From: the human T2T-CHM13v2.0 reference genome, Homo sapiens
Assembly (NCBI RefSeq): GCF_009914755.1
Contig: NC_060946.1
Reading direction: 5' to 3' (one strand)
Length of the DNA: 64,000 bases
Each line of letters begins with the position of its first letter. Within the stretch, counting starts at the first letter, position 1. The notes under the pieces are model-generated. The model did no database searches, was not told where the DNA came from, and saw nothing but the letters and a program-made list of their open reading frames with translations. The position numbers were made by a program, and so were the translations under genes. Shown here in pieces: positions 1 through 12,789 of this stretch.

Positions 1-150
1 TCTTTGTGTGTTTGCATATGTGACATTTAAATGCTTAATTTATATGCCAACATTTAGCATTTTTCCAAGATGTTACTATTAACGGAAACTGAGTAAAGGG
101 TACATGGGATCTCTCTGGATTACTTTGTACAAATGCAAATAAAAATGTTA

Positions 151-1046
<896 letters not shown>

Positions 1047-1848
1047 GAGGGCTTCCAATGCAGTGACAGTTGACATGAGTCCTCAAGGTTAGTTTGCAGG
1101 TCACAAGGGAGAGAAGGACAGGAGGCCTGAGGCAGGCAGGACAGCATGTGATAGTGGGCTGTTTGGGTCTTCCTTCCCCAAAGTCATCCTGGGATGGTGA
1201 GATCTCAGGCCATTCATTCCATTGCACAGAGGCATTCATGCAGGCTACCTCCCAACTTGTTCATAAAAATGTTAAGTGATGGACAAAATAATGTCTTTAC
1301 ATTTTTCTTAAACGTTTGGTTCCTGCTGCTGCTTATCTGGTAGAGAGGCTCATCAGAGGAGAAAATGAAGGAAGATTCCCTTGTCAAACATCACAACAGA
1401 GAGCAAGCATCTTTGTTCAGCCTGTCAGGATCATCTTTCACATTCAATTTAGAAAAATGGCAGATGTTAATGTTTTTCCTGTTAAGAGATAATTTCTTTT
1501 TAAAATGTTTGGTTTTTTTTTTCCCCTTACTATGCCTAGTCCTGCTTTTTATATGATAACAGCCTAGGAGTGGAAAGAATGAGAGTTTGGGTGACAGAGA
1601 TCCTTACATTTGAATCTCAATTCCACTTAGAGGCTATGGTCATGACTTAGAGGCTATATTAAGACCACTTAGAGGCTATGGTCATGACCTTGAGTCCGTT
1701 TCCCTGAGTTTCACTGCCTCAGACTAATCATACTGAATAGGCCAGTATTGCCAAATCCCAGTGCTAGGATGGGGATTAATGAGAAAACATTTGCCAAAAA
1801 ACCTAGTATACCTTGTGTAATACCTGACACGTAGCAGGTGCTCAATAA

Positions 1849-2196
<348 letters not shown>

Positions 2197-2337
2197 TAAT
2201 AACAATTCTAGTTCATCTAAGGATTTAAAGCTGTGTACCTTTCATAGTGTTCTACAAACAGCTTCCTGATTTCCAGCAGCTTTGCTTGTATCAGCCAGGA
2301 TAGTCTAGGTTATGCTGCAGTAAAAAACAAGCCCCTA

Positions 2338-2685
<348 letters not shown>

Positions 2686-3342
2686 AGCAAGCCCCCAATC
2701 TCAGTGGTTCACAACAGCAAAGGCTACTTCTTGCTCACGCTACATGTCCATCATGGGGCAGGTGCCTCTCTGCTCTGGTTGTCTTCCCTCCTGGACTCAG
2801 TATCATGGAGCAACCACTTTCTGGAAGATTGCTGGTTGCCACAGTAGAGGAAAAGGGTCTTATATCAGCATTCATTGCTGTGGCTTAGAAATGACACATA
2901 TTATTTCCATTCAAAACTCTTTTGTCCAGAACTGGTTACATATTCCCACCCAACCATAAGGAGACCAGGAAGAATAATCCCACTGTGCATCTGGAAAGGG
3001 GAAAAGCCAGACAAATGTGGCCAACAGCCCCAGTGACTACCACCACAGTGCTTTTGAAAACCACTGCCCAGAGCCAGAAGGATGGAGGATCAGCATGGCG
3101 GTAGGAGGAAGGGAGAAGCCAGAGGGGAATGAGGAGGAGCCGGGGTGCCTGGTATGGAGGGCCATCCATCCTTGGTCAATGTGCAGGGCTGGGGCCAGAG
3201 GAAGGCTGGGCGCCTTTCTCATCTGGACCCAGACCCAGACAGACCCCGGGGCCATTCCGTTCTGCAGGCAAACAAGCCAGTCCCGCTAGAATGTGGCAGT
3301 CACAGGCTTTCAACATGGAAGGTGGAGCTGCATGGACGCCGT

Positions 3343-3657
3343 GTTTTTTTTCTGTTTGTTTTTTTGAGACGGAGTCTTGCTCTGTCACCCAGGCTGGAGT
3401 GCAGTGGCATGATCTGGGCTGATTGCGCCTCGGCAAAATCTCGGCTGACTTGCCTCCCGGGTTCAAGCGATTCTCCTGCTTCAGCCTCCCGAGTAGTTGA
3501 GATTACAGGCGCGCACCACCACGCCCGGCTAATTTCTGTATTTTTAGTACAGACGGGGTTTCATCATGTTGGCCACTCTGGTCCTGACCTCAAGCGATCC
3601 GCCCGCCCAGGCCTCCCAAAGTGCTGGGATTACAGGAATAAGCCACCGCGCCCGGCC
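3343..3657 (-). mobile_element. Alu
   Basis: Consensus match. Confidence 0.93.
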
Positions 3658-3857
3658 AGACGCTGTGTTTTCCTGGCACTCCACTTCATGAGCAAAACTG
3701 TCACAGAGTAGTATTTCCCTGGCTCCACCCCTCCGGCGCTGCTGGATTCCTGAACCTATTCACTTCTTCTGAAGTGCTCTCAACTTGGCCTCCCTGGCTC
3801 CTTCCTGGTGCAGACATTTACTCTTCCTGCTCCGGCTTTGTGCCTCTGTAAAACTGC

Positions 3858-3865
3858 TGACGTCA
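3858..3865. promoter_or_regulatory. Full CRE palindrome TGACGTCA
   Basis: Exact 8-mer about 80 bp from the CTCF motif in CpG-rich sequence. Confidence 0.45.
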
Positions 3866-3945
3866 CCAGCAGCGGCTCCGACCGCCTGTCCTCCAAGGTC
3901 CCGGGCTGCGGCTGCGCAGCGCCGACAGCACGATGCGTGTGCCGA

Positions 3946-3964
3946 CAGCGCCACCTCCTGGCTC
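3946..3964 (-). promoter_or_regulatory. CTCF motif GAGCCAGGAGGTGGCGCTG in a CpG-rich patch (about 3720-4060)
   Basis: Close match to the CTCF core CCASYAGRKGGCRS, in non-Alu sequence that retains CpGs. Confidence 0.65.
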
Positions 3965-4199
3965 TGCCGAGGCTGTTGGCAACACGCAGGGCTCGCAGTG
4001 CGCCCGCTTTTCTACTGCAGCCCTCAAAATTCAGCACGAGGCTTGGCTAGGGGAGCTTGAGTGGCTGACACTGTGGTCTGGTTAGTTTCCATTCTGACCC
4101 ATGCTAGCCGTCTTTCAGATTCTAGAACTCAGTTCTTCTCCGGACCTCCCTCCCAGCCACAAGTCTTTGAATATGCGGCCTGCAGCTGGGCTCCCCTCA

Positions 4200-4559
<360 letters not shown>

Positions 4560-5232
4560 TTAGCTGAAACGTCACTTCCTCGACTCCTCAAATTTAGTCA
4601 AGCCCCCCTGCTATGAGATCTCTCCCCTTCTTGCTGGACGGGTTGGCAATGCTGGAGGATCTTGAAAGAGGAACACTCATGGGTCAAGAGCATTTCCTAA
4701 CAGCGAACAGAGGTTTCAGAATCCTCATGAGCATCGGTGTCTCCTTGCTGGGACGCTGCTCACACACTTTGTGATCCTCAGAGGTGAGATGCAGGCCTAT
4801 TAAACACGCTGGCCTTGGTGAGAAAGCCTCTGTGGGTTTCCTGTTTATCCCAATAAGCTGATTCAGGAAAGGAGACATCTCCTTCCTTCTCTGTTTGCCA
4901 TGGAGGACTCACACCTTTCTTGTCCCCAGGACAGTGGACATCTGTTTGCCAATGCAGACCTCGTGCTCACTGGAGGCTGGAGAAGGCACGCTCAAGAAAC
5001 GTTCAAGGCATGACAGCTACCCAGGAGGCCTCTAGTGCCCCAAGAGCTGCTCATCAGCCCCATTTTCTTCCTAATATTATTTAAAAATTTAAAGAAATTC
5101 AGTGAAAGTGTAAGCATACAGGCATAGGTAGTAGGTAAACTAGAATTCACTCTTGCTGGGGGAATACCACCCAGGGTTTGAAAAGATACAGAAGGCAAAA
5201 GAAACTGCATTTAGTATAATAAAATACAATTA

Positions 5233-5533
5233 GGCAGAGCACGGTGGCTCATGCCTGTAATTCCAGCACTTTGGGAGGCCGAGGAAGGCGGATTACCTGA
5301 GCTCTGGAGTTTGAGACCAGCCTGGGCAACATGGTGAAACCCCGTCTCTACAAACATACAACAATTAGTGAGTCTTGGTGGTACATGCCAGTCATCCCAG
5401 TTATTTGCTGGGCTGGGCTGGGATGGGAGGACTGTTTGGGCTCAGGAGGTCAAGGCTGCAATGAGCTGTGTTCACGCCACTGCACTCCAGCCTGGGTGAC
5501 AAAGCAAGACCATGTCTAGAAAAAATAAAAAAA
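5233..5533 (+). mobile_element. Alu (diverged)
   Basis: Consensus match. Confidence 0.9.
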
Positions 5534-6127
5534 TTAGCAGCCTATAATTCCAAAGCAGAAAACCAGCTGGCTGGCTATGCACTAAATCTGACCAGCCATT
5601 GTGTGTAAGGCGTGTGTGTGCAAATGTGTGTTTGCATGTATATCGTTTAAATAGTTACTTTATTTACCAACATTTACATTTAAGGAAATTTCACATCAAA
5701 TAATCTATAATTCTAGAATCTTCTTAAACATGAGGTGGGCAACATGAGACCCCCACTTCTATCAGTATCCATCCTGACTGGACCCAAGTGGACAGCTTGA
5801 GTTTCCAGTTCAATCCAGTTCCTGCCTGGCCTCTGCTGGCCTCTGGGTTTGCAATCCCAACTCCCTACCACCGCCACTACTGCTGAGAGCATCCCCTCTA
5901 CAGTACTCAGAACCTCACTGGCTGCCTGCAACCCTGGGGGATCAGCAGAAGAGACTCTAAGCCCATCTATCAGGTAAAAAACCTGAGGCCCAGAGAGGGA
6001 AAGTGACTTACCTAGGGACACACAGCTCTTAGTAAACAGAGTGGAGGCCAACTCCACTCCAACTCAGTCTCATTCCCACTCTGAGATTTAAGAAAAAAAA
6101 ATGTGATTTTAAAAATCCCAAAGTTGT

Positions 6128-7140
6128 TTCCTTCCTCCCTCCCTCCCTCCCTTCCTCCCTCTCCCTCCTTTCCTTCCTCCCTCTCCCTCCTTTCCTTCCT
6201 TCCTCTCCCTCCTTTCCTCCCTTCCTCTCCCTCCTTTCCTCCCTTCCTCTCCCTCCTTTCCTTCCTTCCTCTCCCTCCTTTTCTTCCTTCCTCTCCCTCC
6301 TTTTCTTCCTTCCTCTCCCTCCTTTTCTTCCTTCCTCTCCCTCCTTTTCTTCCTTCCTCTCCCTCCTTTTCTTCCTTCCTCTCCCTCCTTTTCTTCCTTC
6401 CTCTCCCTCCTTTTCTCCCTTCCTCTCCCTCCTTTTCTTCCTTCCTCTCCCTCCTTTTCTTCCTTCCTCTCCCTCCTTTTCTTCCTTCCTCTCCCTCCTT
6501 TTCTTCCTTCCTCTCCCTCCTTTTCTTCCTTCCTCTCCCTCCTTTCCTCCCTTCCTCTCCCTCCTTTTCTTCCTTCCTCTCCCTCCTTTTCTTCCTTCCT
6601 CTCCCTCCTTTTCTTCCTTCCTCTCCCTCCTTTTCTTCCTTCCTCTCCCTCCTTTTCTTCCTTCCTCTCCCTCCTTTCCTCCCTTCCTCTCCCTCCTTTT
6701 CTTCCTTCCTCTCCCTCCTTTTCTTCCTTCCTCTCCCTCCTTTTCTTCCTTCCTCTCCCTCCTTTTCTTCCTTCCTCTCCCTCCTTTCCTCCCTTCCTCT
6801 CCCTCCTTTTCTTCCTTCCTCTCCCTCCTTTTCTTCCTTCCTCTCCCTCCTTTTCTTCCTTCCTCTCCCTCCTTTTCTTCCTTCCTCTCCCTCCTTTCCT
6901 TCCTTCCTCTCCCTCCTTTCCTTCCTTCCTCTCCCTCCTTTCCTTCCTTCCTTCCTCCCTCCCTCCCTCCCTCTCTCCCTCCATTCCCCTTCCTTCCCTC
7001 CCTCCCTTGCCCTCCCTCCCTCCCTTCTTTCCTTCCTTCCTTTGTTTCTTCCTTCCTTCTTCCCTTCCTCCCTCTCTCTCCTTCCTTCCTCTCTTTCTCT
7101 CTCTCTCTCTCTCTTTCTTTTTCCCCCTCTCTCTCTTTCT
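6128..7140 (+). repeat. ~1 kb polypyrimidine VNTR, 22-bp unit ttttcttccttcctctccctcc, roughly 35 copies
   Basis: Read directly. It also produces the spurious long ORFs on both strands. Confidence 0.97.
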
Positions 7141-7440
7141 TTCTTTCTTTTGACAGGGTCTCAGTCCTCACTCTGTCACCAAGGCTAGAGAACAGCAGTG
7201 TGATCATGGCTCACTGTAGCTTTTACCTCCTCGGGTTGAAGGGAGCCTCCCACCTCAGCTTCCCCAGTAGCTGGAACCACAGTCACGAGCCACAATGCCT
7301 GGCTAATTTTTTGTATTTTTTGTAGAGATGGGGTTTCACGTTGTTGCCCAGGCTGGTCTCAAACTCCTGGGCTCAAGCAGTCCTCTTGCCTTGGCCTCCG
7401 GAAGTGCTGGGATTACAGCCATGAGCCACCGCGCCCGGCC
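7141..7440 (-). mobile_element. Alu (J-like) whose tail became the CT VNTR
   Basis: Consensus match. TSD aatcccaaagtt/aatcgcaaagtt brackets both the Alu and the VNTR. Confidence 0.93.
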
Positions 7441-7598
7441 AATCGCAAAGTTTCTAAAGTAGGAAATGGGATTCTATTCCATCCCCAACTAATTGTCCCC
7501 AACCACTGGTAGCAGCCTGGCTTGTCTCTGCTTCGACAAACACAGAGGTCTAAGCTCACACTCTCAAAGTTACACTCACATGTCTACAGTTTGGCTTT

Positions 7599-7679
7599 CT
7601 CTCTTTTACTTTTTTTAAAATTTATTTTCTATTTGTTTTCCCCATGACATAGCTCCAGGAGATCCTGAGAACATGTCCC
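7599..7679 (-). mobile_element. 81-bp retrocopy: MER4/MER41-group LTR R-region fragment plus A-rich tail
   Basis: 15-bp TSD ctacagtttggcttt (7584-7598 / 7680-7694). Absent at the paralogous site near 39720. Confidence 0.7.
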
Positions 7680-8038
7680 CTACAGTTTGGCTTTTAATCT
7701 TATGATTGCAAAGCTGGGATCATGCTGCAAACACCACTCTGCAACGTATCCTTCCCACCAACCCAGCGCCCACACAACCCCCTCAGTGTGGGCCATCTTT
7801 CCCTTTCAGGACACACAGCACAGTCCCTTTCTTCCCTCATCACCTCACAGGCCTGAACAGAGGGCCAGAGAGGTGGAGTCCTGCAATTTACCTGCTCAGT
7901 CTCCCATCACAGGACCCTGGACAAGTCACTCCTCTCTCAGAGCCTCAGTTTCCCTGCAGGAAAGAGGAGGTGCTCAGAGACAAGGTGGATGAAACCATTT
8001 CTGGGCTTCTTGTATCTCAAAAGAAATCCTCTTCCTGT

Positions 8039-8359
<321 letters not shown>

Positions 8360-9001
8360 TCAGGCCTTAGTAGCAGCATCCTAGGGGTAGCCTAGACGGG
8401 GGCAGATTCCTGGGGGTGGTTCTAACCCACATCACATTAATGATGCCACCCAAGTCCATTCCCATGGCACCAGGTCACTGGGACAAAGGGCCAGGTCTCC
8501 AGTCTTCCATGTCTGACCTCTACCTCCTTTGCTTCCTCCAAAGTGCCCAGAGAAATGCACGTGGCCCACGGCTGCTGCCTTCTGAGGTCACCTGGCCATA
8601 CCCCAAGTAGTCTGGGAACCCATGCTGAGCCTGGAGAATCTTCACTCTCCCACCTCCCCCTCCATTCCTCAGGGGAACAAGGACTCCAAAAGAGCCGTCG
8701 GATAAACCTGGGTTTGGATCCAGGCTTTCTACCTTGGACAAGTTACCTAAACCTCCTGCATCTCGGTTTCTTCTTCGTCAAATGGGGACAATACTTCTTT
8801 CTTTAAAGGCTTTACTTTGAGGATGAGGTGAGAGGGAAGCCATCCTCCTCCGTACCCCACAAGGATCACAGGCCAGTGAGATCCAGCTATTATCACCTCT
8901 GGTGATGCTGGTCGCCAACAACCCAAGGACCCCTGTTACTGAGCTCTAACCAGACCCTCCCTCTAGTATCCAACACATACTCTCAAGGGAAACAGAAATC
9001 A

Positions 9002-9312
<311 letters not shown>

Positions 9313-9492
9313 GAAAGAAATCACATAGAGGAAATAAATTGGCTGGTTCTATTCTCAACCTCAGCTCCGCTGCTCCACTGGCTAACTCAGAGGACAGCCC
9401 GAGTCCAGCCATGACCCACTGTCCAGCCTCCTTTCCTGCAGGGAACCAGCTTGGGTTTCCAGGACGACACACTGGCCCGAAGTCTTACTCCC

Positions 9493-9563
9493 AGTCGCCA
9501 CTGCACTCCTGCCTGGGCAACAACAGTGAAACTCCATCTCAAAAAAAAAAAAAAAAAAAAAAA
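9493..9563 (+). mobile_element. Alu 3' fragment with A tail
   Basis: cgccactgcactcc..cctgggcaaca...ctccatctcAn. Confidence 0.85.
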
Positions 9564-12500
9564 GAATGATACAACGGACTCTGGGAACTCACGGGGAAGG
9601 TTGGAAAGGCCAGGTATGCGGGATGGTATTGGCAAGGACACATATAGAGACACAGAGAAGGAGCATCGTAGGGGGTATGGGGAAGCTATGCACATTTCAA
9701 AGTATTAGTAGAGCACAAGGAAGAGGCTGGGACAGGGGGAGGATGAACTTGGAGAAGCCATGACTGGAAGCCTGTGTCCCATGGCATTGTCATCTGTGTG
9801 TGTGCCCCATCTTGACTTTGAGCTCCACACAGGACAGGACTCTGACTCATCTTTGTTATAGATCTCAGTGAGTGCAAGGCACGAAGAAGAAGGGGTGTCA
9901 ATGAGTGCTTCATAAATGAATGATTGGATGAATGAATGAATCATCTGTTTCTCCACTTCCATTCTGTGGTCTCCGGCCAACATTCCCTCCCATTTACCTC
10001 TCATTAAACTCTTTTTGCAGCAGCACTTTCTCTTAGTTCTTCCTGTCATTTGCTAGACTTCAGCTTTGTGATCTTTGGGTCAGACACCATGATGAGAGAT
10101 GCAGATCGCAACTGAGCGTCATTTAAATATTCAGAAGAGCTGAGGCTCCGCAGGCTGAATTCTGAATATGCAGATAATTCAGAAAACACTGGAGCAATAG
10201 ACTTGTTGAATTCAAACTCGAGGTGGAGCAGACGAGGGTACAGCTCGGCTTAGGTGACCCATCGTCCCCATCAGCTGCTCCTTCCCAAAGCTACGGCTCC
10301 CTCGGCCTTTGAGCTTTCAAGCCTCAGCCTCGTGTGTTGCTTCAGTGGCAGCTGGAACATTCCTCCCTGCAGCCTGCTCCTCAGACGCTTATGTCACCCC
10401 ATAGGGCCCTGCTCCATCTCAGTCTTGGATGGGGTTAGCAGTGTTTTCTGGATCAAAGTAGCTTCTTTCCTTGTGCTGTATTTAAACTTTGTGGCGTAGG
10501 CATCAGTTTCCCTAATGCCTCTGTTATCCATCTTGCAGGTCTACAGTATTGAGAGACAGAAAGTCAAGAAGTTCTGGACCTGCCAGGAATTCCCACTGTG
10601 GAAACAAATCCACCCTCCTTACTTCCTGGAGAGGGGCAATTCCTTCAGGAAGGTCTTCCATGAGCCTTACATCAGACTTTGTCCTGAACTCCACCCACAG
10701 CTCCCCTGTCTGAGCGTGTCCCATTTTCTCTGGACCTCTTTCATCTCCAGTCCCAGACCAGCATCCTCCTGCATGTGCTTCTGAAAGTACAGGCCACTCC
10801 TGCATCCCTTCTATACCTGGGTCGCCAGGAAACTCACGGATCCACTTTTGACGCAGTCTGTTCTGCTCTCCCTTCTCAAATCTGCCCAGATCTCAGCTGT
10901 CCCCCATGGTCCTTATCAAACTCCCATCTACAGCCTCTAGAAAGTGACTTCTGATCATTTCCTCTATCGTGGCCCCTGAATGGCAGTCACATGTACCCTT
11001 CATCTGTTTGGCTCTTGCCCCCTGCCAGACCCAGCAGCAATTCCATGCCCCTGTCTTTCTGGATCTCAGCTCGAGAGGAGTTTGAGGTGCGTGGCTTGAT
11101 TTTCGCCCATCATTCTGTCCTGTCTGGCTTGCATGCCTTACCTTTTCTTCACAGGAAATCCCATCATTCAATCCACATGTTGCTTTTCCATGTACCAATA
11201 TTAGATTTTCCTAGTGATTCTTTTCTGATAGTAAGTCCCAAATCTGTCTTTTAGCCAATCTTATCCCTCCCTGATCCTCTGAGAAACCAGACTCCTAGAT
11301 ACGGACCTTTCAAATGCTTCTTTGCTTCTGGGCTTTTAATAATCCCCCTGAGATTATTCACCAGCTAAAGGATGGTGGGGACAGAACAGCACTTGACTGA
11401 TAAAGGCCCCCATCCTCCTGGTCTGTCACTCTCACATCCCACCGTTCCCTCGGGTACCCCCTGGAGGCCAGCACACGACCTCTCCAGATCCCTGTTGACA
11501 CCACTTGTTGGGGAAAGGCAGCTCGAGCATCCCATGGACATCCGTCTGAAAGGTTGGCCCCAATCTGGTTCCTTCCTTGATGGAGGACGACATTAAAAGA
11601 AGACAAAGGAGAGAATTTGGGGTGACTGATCTATTGCTGCTTAGGCCAAGTCTAACCATTGAAAGTCTCCAAATCTCACACCTAAGGGTCCCTAGCTCTT
11701 GTAGAACACCACAGAGATTTTCCAGTTCAAGGTTTTGGTCTATCACACGATGGGAGAAAGCTGGCAAGAAGAAAACAAGCTGTGGGAATCAACAATTGTT
11801 TTACTCACCAAAGATTAGGAAGCCTGAATAACAACATCACCTCTTTTGAGTACAGCCTCACATAGAACTGAACTGAATAGAAATCATCTCATTTTACAAT
11901 CATCAGACATCTGTCTTTGCCCCAGTCCTGGCTGCTGCACCCTCACTACGAGCCCTGGATTGCCACGTCGTCCCTTGGTTCCCAAATCCTAGCCCGTGGA
12001 TATACATTTCTTATCCTAAGAGTCACCCTACTATGTGAGGGTTCTGGGAGCAGCTTTGTTCCTGGGAATCTGCAGGCACCTTCCTGCCTTCCTGCTGTGG
12101 TCGCCAGGCACAAGGAAAGAAAGAAGGGTCTCGCTTATTACAGTAGGGAAAACATGCGATGAATTCTCTTCTAACCCTGGTGCAGAAATTCTCCTAATGA
12201 GTCCTGGGGTGAAACGCAGGCCTGGAAGCGAGGTGAGGCTCCTCCCCACCAGCATCTAAAAAGCCGGCTCCCTGGAGCCACAGGATTTTTCCAATCAGCC
12301 ATGGGACCAGGGCAGCCCACCAGCCTCCCCAGCTGCCAGACGCTGGTAGAGAGACCTGAGACAGAGGGCAGGTGAATGGAGCGGGAGAGGAGGAGAGAAG
12401 GGACACCAGATGGGGTCTGAGGAAGAAAGAAGGAAGAAAAAAAGATACCTTGATGGGGAAGGGGAAAGCCTTAATCTGCTTCTCAATCGCGAAGTAGGTC

Positions 12501-12789
12501 TGCTTCTCAATCATGCAGTAGGGAGTGAAAAGCACAGGTGGGGCTTTTGAGGCTCAGGCACTCCACCCACCAGGACAATGCGGACCCCATGACTGCAGAG
12601 CCTAGGCTCTGCAGGGAGCAGCTAGGGAGACACTAGTAAGGGAGGTGGGCAGGGGGCAGAGGCCCCTTTCCCCCACTGCTCCCACGGGGATGAGGAGGGG
12701 GCTTCCGAAAAGGCCCAGGTTAGGGGGCCTGCCTGCTCAGCTCACATCCCCCTGGTGTGACAGTGCCTTCTTTACTCTGTCCTCTAGCC

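Noticed and set aside
3145-3711. 188-aa ORF and similar ORFs containing LSPRLECSG or [12 protein letters not shown]
   Set aside because: Alu-derived reading frames.
3760-3954. ORF segment SKCLHQEGA resembling APOL ESKHLHEGA
   Set aside because: Only a few residues match, with no extension in either direction; likely chance.
6029-7207. Long ORFs of 392, 361 and 291 aa
   Set aside because: Products of a CT/GA-only VNTR that cannot contain stop codons; low-complexity translations.
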